Source: an uncultured Victivallales bacterium
GTDB taxonomy: Bacteria > Verrucomicrobiota > Lentisphaeria > Victivallales > UBA1829
Length of the DNA stretch: 58,066 nucleotides
Assembly (NCBI GenBank): GCA_964581935.1
Contig: CAZORN010000003.1
Coordinates: forward strand, 1-58,066
Direction: 5' to 3'
Position 1 is the stretch's first letter, and each line of letters begins with the position of its first letter. A program made the translations under genes and the position numbers. Below are positions 18,349 through 27,498 of this stretch, piece by piece. The notes beneath the pieces were generated by a model, which worked only from the letters and a program-made list of their open reading frames with translations, was not told the DNA's origin and ran no database searches.

Positions 18349-18376
18349 TTGACTTTTTCCCGCAAGGCACTATAAT
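18349..18376 (+). promoter_or_regulatory. Near-consensus sigma70-type promoter for the regulator/pseudopilin/DUF4091 operon
   Basis: TTGACT (18349-18354), a 16-nt spacer, then TATAAT (18371-18376). It sits 46 nt upstream of the ATG at 18422, and a GGAG RBS is at 18411-18414. Confidence 0.5.
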
Positions 18377-18385
18377 ACATATAGA

Positions 18386-18395
18386 GTTCTAGAAC
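18386..18395. promoter_or_regulatory. Perfect 10-bp palindrome GTTCTAGAAC; candidate operator
   Basis: Lies 10 nt downstream of the -10 hexamer, which is the position of a repressor operator. Which protein binds it is not known. Confidence 0.3.
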
Positions 18396-18421
18396 AATTT
18401 TAAATAATATGGAGTTACAGC

Positions 18422-19534
18422 ATGATGCAAGTCATTGATTTGAAATCTCCAGTTCCCAAGTATTACCAGATAAGGAATTGGTTTAAGGACCGTATTTTGT
18501 GCGGCAATTACGTCGAAAATGAGAAACTGGCGTCCTACAAGGAACTTTCCCTGGCACTGGGGACAACCTGTCAGACGATCAGTCAGGCGATGAAGCTGCT
18601 GGAGCAGGACGGCCTGATAACCTGTATTCAGGGCAAGGGAATATTTGTAAAGACGCCAAAGAGATCAGCAGGCAATTTTCTGCTTGAAACCATTCATCAT
18701 GCCTGTTATCCTTATAATGAAATTTTCCATTTTCTTGAAAAAGAACTGGGCATCGACAATTATCATTTCGGGCACATCGATATTTTGAATTTCGGAAAAT
18801 TATTTGAAAAAGAAAAGGAAAAAGTAATTTTACGGATCATCGACCGCAACCCGCATTCATTGCTGATTGATGGAGATTGCTATATTCCGTTTCATCTATT
18901 CGCAAAACACATTCCGGACATCTCCCAGCTGATCTTCATCAACCGTTATGAAACCGCGATTGAAATTACGAAGGCGTCGAAAGTATTGGTGGATTATTTT
19001 GCCGGCGGAAAAAATGTTGCCGAATATCTGATCGGCGCCGGAAGAAAAAATCTTCTGATCCTGACTTTTACGCCGCATTCGCTTCAGAACATCGCCTGTC
19101 CCGGAAAGCTTTATTTCAATAGGCTGATTTCAGGATTTAAATCGGCGGCAGAAGCTGCGGACTGTACCGTCGAAATAGTGTACGACAACAATTCGGATAC
19201 GGAACAAAAACTCCGGCAATTGATATGTTCCGGGGTTGACGGAATCTTATGCATCGGCGATTATTTTGCCCTTTCCGCCTATAATGCCCTTGGCCAATTG
19301 AATTTGAAACCCGGCCGCGATGTCGATGTAATCGGTTTTTTCAATACGGAATGGTGCTACAAATTCAATCCGGCTTTGACTTCCGTATCCATTTGCCCTG
19401 AAATCATTGCCGCTAAAACCGCTGAACTGATTGAAGCCGGTGCCAAAGGCGAAACAATCATGATCGAACCGAAAATCATTGTCCGTAATTCTGCCGGAAC
19501 CGGATTAGATAAAAACGAGGAGAGAAGAAAATGA
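18422..19534 (+). CDS. Transcriptional regulator: GntR-type winged HTH fused to a LacI/PBP1-type sugar-binding domain
   Basis: The N-terminus [63 protein letters not shown] is a GntR-type HTH. The C-terminal ~280 aa shows the periplasmic-binding-protein fold pattern ([16 protein letters not shown]..., VIGFFNTEW). Confidence 0.85.
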   Translation: MMQVIDLKSPVPKYYQIRNWFKDRILCGNYVENEKLASYKELSLALGTTCQTISQAMKLLEQDGLITCIQGKGIFVKTPKRSAGNFLLETIHHACYPYNEIFHFLEKELGIDNYHFGHIDILNFGKLFEKEKEKVILRIIDRNPHSLLIDGDCYIPFHLFAKHIPDISQLIFINRYETAIEITKASKVLVDYFAGGKNVAEYLIGAGRKNLLILTFTPHSLQNIACPGKLYFNRLISGFKSAAEAADCTVEIVYDNNSDTEQKLRQLICSGVDGILCIGDYFALSAYNALGQLNLKPGRDVDVIGFFNTEWCYKFNPALTSVSICPEIIAAKTAELIEAGAKGETIMIEPKIIVRNSAGTGLDKNEERRK

Positions 19535-20319
19535 GAAAAGAACAAGGAATCCGCAAAAGAACCGAAGTCCAGATCCAGACGGGCATACCCCGTGAGCTTA
19601 CATTTACATTGATTGAATTGCTTGTTGTGATTTCGATCATCGCAATCCTCGCATCCCTGCTGCTGCCGGCGCTCAGTAAGGCAAAAGAACTGGCAAACAG
19701 GATAAGCTGTGTCAATCATCTGAGGCAGATAGGAATCGGGTGTCAGAACTATGGCGATGACAATAACGGTATAATCCCGAGGAACGATAATGCAAGCGAC
19801 AGGTTGGTTTACTGGAAAACCGATTTGATATCCAATAAATATCTGCCGTTCCCGATATGGAAAAACGATACCGTGGGGTATGGAGGAGTTTCCACACTGT
19901 TCGAATGTCCATCGATCAAACAGAATACCGTTTCACAATGGGACCCCTGGGGGCCTACCACCTGGTATTTCGGCAGTCAGTATATGATGAACGGGCTGGC
20001 GGTATGGTCTTCCGCCGGAACCGAACAGTCTATTCTGGAACATCCGGAGATATGGATGAACTGGAAATGTGCATTGAATTTTCTCCAGGTGAAAAGGCCT
20101 TCTTCGAAATTCTTTATCCTGGACAAGGAAATCATCGATGGAACCGGGGCGGCAGGAAAAAACCATCCGTATTACATCACGGGACGTTTTATTGGATACC
20201 GGCACGGCAAGGGGGTGAACGTCCTGTTGTTCGACGGTCACGTGGAATTTTGGAAAAATGACCTTCCGGTCTCCGCGGGGTATTTTGTGCCGGCTGATAA
20301 ATGGCGGGCGGATTATTGA
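19531..20319 (+). CDS. Prepilin-type N-terminal cleavage/methylation protein with C-terminal H-X9-DG motif (DUF1559-like pseudopilin)
   Basis: [24 protein letters not shown] is a class III signal/methylation motif. The C-terminus has [19 protein letters not shown] (H-X9-DG). The start overlaps the regulator's stop as ATGA (19531-19534). Confidence 0.85.
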   Translation: MRKEQGIRKRTEVQIQTGIPRELTFTLIELLVVISIIAILASLLLPALSKAKELANRISCVNHLRQIGIGCQNYGDDNNGIIPRNDNASDRLVYWKTDLISNKYLPFPIWKNDTVGYGGVSTLFECPSIKQNTVSQWDPWGPTTWYFGSQYMMNGLAVWSSAGTEQSILEHPEIWMNWKCALNFLQVKRPSSKFFILDKEIIDGTGAAGKNHPYYITGRFIGYRHGKGVNVLLFDGHVEFWKNDLPVSAGYFVPADKWRADY

Positions 20320-20394
20320 ATATAAGTGATAGGCTGCAAGAGAATGCAATCCCGATTCTGAAAAACAACAATGAATAGTTGAGGAGAATAAACC

Positions 20395-23300
20395 GTGATG
20401 AAATTATGGACGGGGCTGGCTGTTTTATTTTTCAGCGGCATGCTTTATGCCGATAATATTGAAATACCATTTATTTCCGATGCGCCGAAAATAGATGGAA
20501 AACTGGATGATAAAGCCTGGCAAAAGGCTGTAATTACCAGGCCTTTCAAAAAGTATTCGAGCGGGGCTGAACCCGCGGATAATACGATTGCACGGCTTGG
20601 TTACGATTCCTGTTATTTATATATTGCTTTCGAATGCTCGCAGAAGGATGGAATTGTTTCAATTGTCAATCAGGAAACCGTGGACGCCCCGGTATTCAGG
20701 GATGACAACGTAGAATTATTCTTCGCTCCGGCGGAAAAGGGAGATACGTTCCATATCGCGATTGCTTACCGGGGGATCCGCTGGGATGCTTTGAATGAAA
20801 AACCGGAATTATGGGATGGGGAATGGGAATGCGCCTCAAGCAGGGACGGCAATCATTGGAAAATGGAGATAAGAATTCCTTTTGCCGATCTGGCACAGCC
20901 TGGTTTCCCGCAGGGGACTCCGGTTGCCGGAGAAACCTGGAAAATGAATCTAGCGCGAACTCATAGTTCGAACATGGAGTGGAGTCAGTTGTCTTTTGCA
21001 AAAACCGGAGGCTTCGGCAATCGGGATGCATTCGTTCCGGTCACTTTTGGAAAACGTCCCGCCCCGTACGATCTGACTCTTAAAGTCAAAAGTCCCGGCA
21101 CACTGACGCTGGGCAGAAGCGAAATCGGCTTGGGAGTGGAAAATATCCGTGTGAATCCCTTCGATATTGTATGTACATTGAGCCGGAAAAATTCTTCCGG
21201 CTGGAACGATAAAATCATTGACATGCACAGATATGCCGATACGGCCGCCGTCAAAACTGTAAAAATTCCGTATGCACTTGATCAAGGCGGAGAATATAAA
21301 TTGAATCTTGCCGTCAGATCCTACTACTCCGCCAGCCCTTTGAGCGTTTGGACCATGCGTTTTTCGGCAGCGGACTTGTATGAAGATATCAAAGCGTTGG
21401 AAACGAAAATAACCTGGATCAGGGAATTGAACTCCAAAATTACGGAACAGGAGTTCAGGCGCGACGCCGAAAAGAATTTAAACGGGCTTCAGGAAATTCT
21501 TTCGGCGCTTAAAGGAGGGGCGGATAACATTAAAAAAGGCATGACCGGTGAAAGCGGGAATGTTTTATCGAACCGGAACGCAAAAGCGCTTGTTTCCGCC
21601 GGTATGCTGGAACGCAAAGTTCAAAAACAGGTTTGGCGGGAAAGTGTGAGTTCCCTACAGCGAAATCCCGATTTTTGTGTCGGAAATGCTTCCGTCTTTG
21701 AGCATATCTTCCGGGACAAATTGTTTTCCGGGAAAATCAATCAGCCGATGTCGTTGAAGGCAGCAAAGAATGAAATGGAGAATTTGCAGATCGTCGTTAT
21801 CCCGCTGAACGAAGCTGGAGTAAAAAATGCAACGGTTGAAATGAGCGACATGAAACAGGAAAATGGCGAGGCGATCCTTCCGGCCGGACAATGGAAAATC
21901 GGCGAAGTGCAGTATATCGAAAAACCGCGTCCGGCAAACGCGGCCGGAGATTTCATTGCGTTCTGGCCGGATGTCATTATGCCGCACGCCTCCGTCGATG
22001 TGCCCGCGGATTGTCAGACTCCTGTGTCATTGCGTGTAAAAATCCCGGAAGATCAGGCTGCCGGAATTTACAGGGGCACTTTAAAAGTGCAAAATGCCCG
22101 CACTTCATTCAACCTCCCGGTTGAACTGGAGGTGTTCGATTTTGTCCTGCCGAAAGCCGGCAGCCTGAAAACGGAAAGCTGGCTGCGTTTCTATCCTTTG
22201 CGCAGATATTATAAGAACGATCACGTCACACTGAAACACTATGAGAGGATTCTCAAAGACTTCGAGGGATACCGTATTTCCATGGGACTGTATGATTACT
22301 TTACGCTGGGTCCCAAGTTAAAACTCATTCGCGAAGAATGCGGCCGGTTGACCGTCGATTTTTCTGAATTCGACAAATGGGTCGATCTGGCGGTCAAGTA
22401 TGGCGCCAATTCCTTCAATTTGAATCTGAATTGCAGCGACGGCATGGCGACTCTGTTTGCCGGAGGCTGGGGATACCCGATGTTGCAAATAACCGATCGC
22501 AAGACTGGAGAAGTTTCTCCGTATCCGGCAAAATGCAAATGGCCGGCTCCGGAAATATGGGACAACCCGGATTTCATCAGTTTCTGGCAGCAATATTGGA
22601 AACATGCCAGGGAAAAAGGCTGGGATAAAATTGCGTATGTTGAAAATGTGGACGAGCCGAACAGCGACGAACGCAAAGCCCTGCTCATCAAAACCCACCA
22701 TTTTTTCCGGAAATATTGTCCCGGATTGAAATTGACCGCTTACGGCGTGACTCCGCTGAACTTCAAACAGGCGGTCGGGCTGATGGATGAATGGAGGCCG
22801 CTGCTGCGTTCGTATGAAGAAGTCGGGTCTGAACTTAGCAAACGTCAGAAGCAGGGAGAGGCAATTTGGATTTATACTTGCGGCAGTCCCGGAAAAAATT
22901 CCCAGGGGGGCTATACTCCGGAAGTTTACCTTGATACTCCGCTGCTGGATAAACGCATCCCTCCGATAATATGCTGGAAATACAATATCGACGGTTTGTT
23001 TCAATTCACGATTAACTCTTTGCGAGCAGCTCCGAACGGCAGAATCGGGAAATATCCGATTCTGCATGATCCGCCCGCCGTATGCCAGTTCGGCAACGGA
23101 GACCAGCTTTGGCCAGGGCCGGAATTATTCCAGTTGCTGTCGAGCCTACGTTTTGAAACGATGCGCGACGGCCGTGAAGATTATGAATACCTGCTGATTT
23201 TACGGAAGGTTTACGATCAGCTGAAAAGGAATAACGATCCGGCCGATCGGCCGCTTTTGAAGGAAAGCGCCGTATATCTCGAAATTCCGTCAAGCCTGCT

Positions 23301-23421
23301 GAAAGACACCATGACCTGGTGTCATGATCCTGGGCAATGGATGATCTGGCGGAACAATGTAGCCCGCCAGATTGTGAAATTACAAGACGCAATCAAAAAA
23401 ACAGGGAGTACCGGCAAATGA
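20395..23421 (+). CDS. Secreted CBM9-like + DUF4091 (GH123-like) glycosidase-family protein
   Basis: Signal peptide MKLWTGLAVLFFSGMLYA. The N-terminus IPFISDAPKIDGKLDDKAWQKA...DDNVELFF is typical of carbohydrate-binding family 9-like domains. The C-terminal half has IAYVENVDEPNSDE (a D-E pair as in DUF4091/GH123) and WIYTCG. The start is either the GTG at 20395 or the ATG at 20398. Confidence 0.8.
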   Translation: MMKLWTGLAVLFFSGMLYADNIEIPFISDAPKIDGKLDDKAWQKAVITRPFKKYSSGAEPADNTIARLGYDSCYLYIAFECSQKDGIVSIVNQETVDAPVFRDDNVELFFAPAEKGDTFHIAIAYRGIRWDALNEKPELWDGEWECASSRDGNHWKMEIRIPFADLAQPGFPQGTPVAGETWKMNLARTHSSNMEWSQLSFAKTGGFGNRDAFVPVTFGKRPAPYDLTLKVKSPGTLTLGRSEIGLGVENIRVNPFDIVCTLSRKNSSGWNDKIIDMHRYADTAAVKTVKIPYALDQGGEYKLNLAVRSYYSASPLSVWTMRFSAADLYEDIKALETKITWIRELNSKITEQEFRRDAEKNLNGLQEILSALKGGADNIKKGMTGESGNVLSNRNAKALVSAGMLERKVQKQVWRESVSSLQRNPDFCVGNASVFEHIFRDKLFSGKINQPMSLKAAKNEMENLQIVVIPLNEAGVKNATVEMSDMKQENGEAILPAGQWKIGEVQYIEKPRPANAAGDFIAFWPDVIMPHASVDVPADCQTPVSLRVKIPEDQAAGIYRGTLKVQNARTSFNLPVELEVFDFVLPKAGSLKTESWLRFYPLRRYYKNDHVTLKHYERILKDFEGYRISMGLYDYFTLGPKLKLIREECGRLTVDFSEFDKWVDLAVKYGANSFNLNLNCSDGMATLFAGGWGYPMLQITDRKTGEVSPYPAKCKWPAPEIWDNPDFISFWQQYWKHAREKGWDKIAYVENVDEPNSDERKALLIKTHHFFRKYCPGLKLTAYGVTPLNFKQAVGLMDEWRPLLRSYEEVGSELSKRQKQGEAIWIYTCGSPGKNSQGGYTPEVYLDTPLLDKRIPPIICWKYNIDGLFQFTINSLRAAPNGRIGKYPILHDPPAVCQFGNGDQLWPGPELFQLLSSLRFETMRDGREDYEYLLILRKVYDQLKRNNDPADRPLLKESAVYLEIPSSLLKDTMTWCHDPGQWMIWRNNVARQIVKLQDAIKKTGSTGK

Positions 23422-24170
23422 AAAAATCAACTGCATCGGGACTTTGTTTATTCTTGTCTGGATTGTCTTTCCTGACATCCGCAGAAGAAATCGTTTTATA
23501 CCGGAATGATTTCCAATCGCCCGATTCCATGGTCCGTTTCGTTAACAGCCATAAAACAAGCGAGATGCCGCCTTCCACCAGGCTGGCTTTCCGGGGAAGC
23601 GAGGACGGACCCGATGGAAACAACTATTTTTTCCGGGGGATGAATCAGGCTTTCGGCACTTCGGTGACGCTGGATCGGTTTTATACGGTGGACACGAACA
23701 CCCGGACCGTGGAAATCATGCTGAAAGTCCGAGGGAATGCCGAGGCCGCACCGTTATGTGTGGTTTTGTCTTCCCTTGCTGTTCCGGTGTTTCCGTTTCC
23801 GTGGTCATCCGGGACGGGGGAAGGCTTCGGCGCCAGAGGCTATCGCCATGCGAATGCAACAAACTGCCTGTTTTACTATAAAAACAGCAAGGAGCCCAAT
23901 ATATATACTGAAAAGAAGCCTTTTATAAAATCCGTGTTCCAATGGCATTCCTGGCATATCGTTTATAATCATCACGCAAAAATGATTTCACTTTTTGTCG
24001 AGAAGTCCGGAGTGCCTGTCCTGATTTATGAAAACGTGGATATGACTGCTTATGTTTTTCGTTCAATCTGGTTTGCCGGACTCTTGAATTACGGCTGCGA
24101 CTATGACGATGTGAAAGTAATCGCCACTGCGGATGCAGGGGAGAGGACAAAAAAAAGCAGAATAAAATGA
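23418..24170 (+). CDS. Secreted beta-rich hypothetical protein (possibly LamG/concanavalin-like)
   Basis: I place the start at the ATG at 23418, which overlaps the upstream stop as ATGA. Signal peptide MKKSTASGLCLFLSGLSFLTSA. It ends in ...GCDYDDVKVIA, reminiscent of LamG-like jelly-rolls, but the fold call is weak. Confidence 0.7.
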   Translation: MKKSTASGLCLFLSGLSFLTSAEEIVLYRNDFQSPDSMVRFVNSHKTSEMPPSTRLAFRGSEDGPDGNNYFFRGMNQAFGTSVTLDRFYTVDTNTRTVEIMLKVRGNAEAAPLCVVLSSLAVPVFPFPWSSGTGEGFGARGYRHANATNCLFYYKNSKEPNIYTEKKPFIKSVFQWHSWHIVYNHHAKMISLFVEKSGVPVLIYENVDMTAYVFRSIWFAGLLNYGCDYDDVKVIATADAGERTKKSRIK

Positions 24171-24337
24171 GAACACGGAATATGTTTTTTAATTCAGCAA
24201 AGGGAGGAATTCCTCCGTTGCTCTGCATCATGGACAGCGAGGCCTGAAGCAGAATTTTATCCGGCCGCGGAATAAAAACCCCTGAAAAAACGGCTTTGCG
24301 GGTGGAAAAAAACATCATTCAGGGGTATATTGACGCC

Positions 24338-24687
24338 GGAGGCGACGGCAGGCAGCCGCCGGTCCGCAAGGACTGGAGGAAAGTCCGGACTCCGCAGAGC
24401 AGGGAGTCCCTTGGATAAAGGGATGCCGGGGACAATACGCCCCGGAAAGGAAAGCGCAACAGAAAGCAGACCGCCGGACGCAAGTCCGGCAAGGGTGAAA
24501 CGGCGGGGTAAGAGCCCGCCGGGAGCGGAAGCAATTTCCTCCGTCAAGGCAAGCCCCTCCCGGAGCAAGACCAAATAGGGGATGAGCTGTTGCTCGCAGC
24601 GTTTGAATCCCGGGTACTGGTCGCATCAGATAGATGGTTGCCGCTCTTGCAAAAGAGAACAGAATCCGGCTTATCGCCGTCGCCTCC
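24338..24687 (+). ncRNA. rnpB: RNase P RNA, bacterial type A
   Basis: Universally conserved blocks are present: GGAGGAAAGTCCGGACTCCGCAGAGCAGGG, ACAGAAAGCAGACCGCC, AAGGGTGAAACGGCGGGGTAAGAGCCCGCCGGG, GAGCAAGACCAAATAGGGG and ACAGAATCCGGCTTATCG. The P1 helix forms between GGAGGCGACGG (24338-24348) and CCGTCGCCTCC (24677-24687) and is followed by a T7 run. TATATT at 24326-24331 could be the -10. The region has overlapping ORFs in many frames, none convincing. Confidence 0.9.
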
Positions 24688-24731
24688 TTTTTTTCTTCAT
24701 CCTTCCGGGAGTGCCCGGTCCTGAGATACGC

Positions 24732-25292
24732 TCAGTTCGAGTTATGGATGAAGTTGACGACGTCGTCCCCTTTGCCGAAGTTGGCGTTATAGTCGGTGTT
24801 GATGGAAGACGTAATATCGGCAGGGGTGGATATTGGAGTTCCACCATCTCCGATTTTTCCGTCAGCCCCCACCGATCCGAGGTCAAAAGTAGTCTTGTTG
24901 TATTGACCCGGGCTTCGATACAGCAGCGGACGGTTCCAGCCGTCTTTGAAGTAGCGGTAGGTTGTTCCGCTGATGACTATTTTTTCTGTAGAGGTATTGA
25001 TCAGTTTCTGGTCGAGGAACTTCCAGAGGGAACCATCGAAATCGGTCGTGGGAATGTTTGCCGGAATTTTTATTACGCTTGGCGTGATGGAAACGTCCAG
25101 ATAGTGTCCGAACTTATCCTTATACATGTTCAGGGCGAGCTCGAGGGCTTTGATCGTGCCTTCGGTCTTGGCCGAGGCGGATTTGTCGGCGATCAAATTG
25201 GCGACGCCGACGGCGATGCCGGCAAGGACGGCGATGATGGCGACCACCGTGAGGAGTTCGATCATCGTAAAGGACTGACGTTCGGTTTTCAT
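24732..25292 (-). CDS. Type II secretion major pseudopilin (GspG)-like protein
   Basis: The ATG at 25292 is preceded by AGGAG. The N-terminus is MKTERQSFTMIELLTVVAIIAVLAGIAVG (prepilin motif). ALELALNMYKDKFGHY and the C-terminal DLGSVGADGKIGDGG resemble GspG. No other gsp genes are nearby. Confidence 0.85.
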   Translation of the reverse strand: MKTERQSFTMIELLTVVAIIAVLAGIAVGVANLIADKSASAKTEGTIKALELALNMYKDKFGHYLDVSITPSVIKIPANIPTTDFDGSLWKFLDQKLINTSTEKIVISGTTYRYFKDGWNRPLLYRSPGQYNKTTFDLGSVGADGKIGDGGTPISTPADITSSINTDYNANFGKGDDVVNFIHNSN

Positions 25293-25470
25293 CGGGGAAT
25301 CTCCTGTTTTTCGCAGTAGTATAACATCGGGAGGTGTCGAATGCAATCCGCGGAGTTGGAAAAAACGCTGACTTTTGGAGATGCGGAAGAGGGTTTGAAC
25401 TTGACAAACCGGGTTTCGGAGGGTACTTTTTCCGAATTACCGAATCGAATCATGAGAATGAGACACTGAT

Positions 25471-26409
25471 ATGAAGAAAATACTGGTTTGCGGATTGAAC
25501 CCGGCGTGGCAGAAGACGCTCCATTTCCGGACATTGCTCTGCGGGGAGGTCAACCGGGCGTATGCCCTGGAACAGACCGCCTCCGGAAAAGGCATCAATT
25601 TTGCGCGTGCAATGAAAACCTGGGGGAAGGCGGAGCCGAAACTCCTTCAGTTCGCCGGAGGAATTACCGGCAAACTGCTTACCGATGTCCTTGACCGTGA
25701 AGGGATCTCCCACCGGACCGTCTTCTCCGCCGCCGTGACGCGCACCTGTTCGACGGCCATCAGCGAAGTTCCGCCGTCCGTAACCGAGCTGATCGAGCCG
25801 AGCGAACCCATATCCTTCGAGACTTCCCGGGAGTTGTATGAGGCGGGGCTGGAGGCTCTGGACGGGGTGGACGCCCTGGCCGTCTGCGGCACCTACCCGC
25901 CCGGAGTGACCGGGCACTTCTATTCCGGGCTGATCGAAAAAGCGGTCAGGACCGGAAAGTTCGTCATGCTGGACACTTTCATGAATGTGGAGGAATCGCT
26001 CAGGAACGAGATTCCGTTCATGAAGGTGAATCAGGAGGAGATCCTGAAGCTGACCGGACAGCGGGAGCTGCGGGACGCCTTCCGGTTCTGCAAGAAACAT
26101 TTCAAATTGAAATTGACGGCGGTCACGGCGGGCTCTTCGTATGCGTTTTTCTTCGACGGAGTGAACGTCTGGAGGCTCTCCGTCCCGAAGGTCGCCAAGG
26201 TGGCCAATCCCATCGGAGCCGGAGATACCTGTTCGGCGGTGACCTGTTCGGAGATTCTGAGCGGGACCGCGCCGCTGGAGGCGTTTCAGCTGGGGTTGTG
26301 CGCCGCGTCGGCCAGCTGTCTGACCGCTTCCGCCGCCGAATACGATATTGCCGCCGCGCGGGCTTTCCGCGTGGAAATAGTCTCTCCCGAGTTGATCGAA
26401 ACCCTTTGA
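25471..26409 (+). CDS. PfkB-family hexose-phosphate kinase (1-phosphofructokinase / tagatose-6-P kinase type)
   Basis: The N-terminal LNPAWQKTL resembles the FruK/LacC LNPALDKT motif. SGKGINFARA is present, and NPIGAGDTCSAV is the PfkB signature 2. Confidence 0.88.
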   Translation: MKKILVCGLNPAWQKTLHFRTLLCGEVNRAYALEQTASGKGINFARAMKTWGKAEPKLLQFAGGITGKLLTDVLDREGISHRTVFSAAVTRTCSTAISEVPPSVTELIEPSEPISFETSRELYEAGLEALDGVDALAVCGTYPPGVTGHFYSGLIEKAVRTGKFVMLDTFMNVEESLRNEIPFMKVNQEEILKLTGQRELRDAFRFCKKHFKLKLTAVTAGSSYAFFFDGVNVWRLSVPKVAKVANPIGAGDTCSAVTCSEILSGTAPLEAFQLGLCAASASCLTASAAEYDIAAARAFRVEIVSPELIETL

Positions 26410-26427
26410 GGAAAGAAGGATTCCCGT

Positions 26428-27495
26428 ATGGTTGAAGAACATGAGAAAAAGTCCGGATTCAGTTTCAGCTGTTTCGGATGCGGATTTATGTTTGCCGGTC
26501 TTCTGATGCTGGTCGTGATCGGACTGATGATTTTCGGCGCGGTCAGTTACCTTTCCCGCCTGACTCCCCCGGAGCCTCTGGCATACGACGATCCCGATTC
26601 GTTCGATGAGGAATATGTCTGCGGCGTGAGAGACTTCGATTCTTCGGACTCCACCCCGAAAATCGCGGTGATCGACGTCAAGGGCGTGATCGTTTCGGAT
26701 ATGGGGGATTCCTTTTCGGAAGGAGCGGACGCCCGTTCCATCTGCGCCCGGATCCGCCGCGCCTCCGACGATGACCAGGTCAAGGCCCTGATCGTCAATC
26801 TGGACACCCCCGGCGGAGAGGTCGAGGCGTCCGACGAGATCTACGAGGAAATCCGGCTTTTCCGCGAAAAGACGAAAAAACCGGCGGTCGCGATGATGAA
26901 TTCCATGGCAGCCAGCGGCGGATATTATATCGCTTCCGGATGCAAACCCATCATTGCCAACAAGCTCACCCTGACCGGAAGCATCGGCGTGATCATCTCC
27001 ACCTACAATTACCGCGGCCTCTTCGAGAAGATCGGCGTGAAGTCCGAAGTCTACACTTCCGGGAAAATGAAGGACATGCTCGACGGTTCGCGGGAACGCA
27101 CTCCCGAGGAGATCGCCCTTGTCCAGACCCTCGTGAACAACACCTATGCGGAGTTCGTGGACATCGTCTCCCGGTCCCGCAATATTCCGGCGGAAAAGAT
27201 CCGGACTACCCTTATCGGGGACGGACGCGTCTTTGACGGAAAACAGGCGCTCAACCTCGGACTGGTCGATTCCCTCGGCTATTTCCGGGATGCGGTGACC
27301 ACGGCCGCCAAAGCCGCCCATCTGGAGAAAGACACCTATGCGGTGATCCGTTATCAGGAACCCTTCTCCTTCTCGAGATTCCTTTCGATGATGTTTGCCA
27401 AAACCCAGCCGGTGAATATTTCCATGCAGGGACAGCCCTTCAAGAGCTTCACGCCGAAACGCGGGATGCTCTACTTCCTTCCGGCGGACCTGTGA
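26428..27495 (+). CDS. sppA: Signal peptide peptidase SppA, 36K type
   Basis: N-terminal TM segment. IAVIDVKGVIV, LDTPGGEV, SMAASGGYYIASG (Ser nucleophile region) and LTGSIGVI are all present. Confidence 0.9.
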   Translation: MVEEHEKKSGFSFSCFGCGFMFAGLLMLVVIGLMIFGAVSYLSRLTPPEPLAYDDPDSFDEEYVCGVRDFDSSDSTPKIAVIDVKGVIVSDMGDSFSEGADARSICARIRRASDDDQVKALIVNLDTPGGEVEASDEIYEEIRLFREKTKKPAVAMMNSMAASGGYYIASGCKPIIANKLTLTGSIGVIISTYNYRGLFEKIGVKSEVYTSGKMKDMLDGSRERTPEEIALVQTLVNNTYAEFVDIVSRSRNIPAEKIRTTLIGDGRVFDGKQALNLGLVDSLGYFRDAVTTAAKAAHLEKDTYAVIRYQEPFSFSRFLSMMFAKTQPVNISMQGQPFKSFTPKRGMLYFLPADL

Positions 27496-27498
27496 CCG

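Noticed and set aside
24257-24626. Cluster of overlapping 70-105-aa ORFs in several frames
   Set aside because: The region is the RNase P RNA gene. The ORFs are artefacts of a GC-rich structured RNA.
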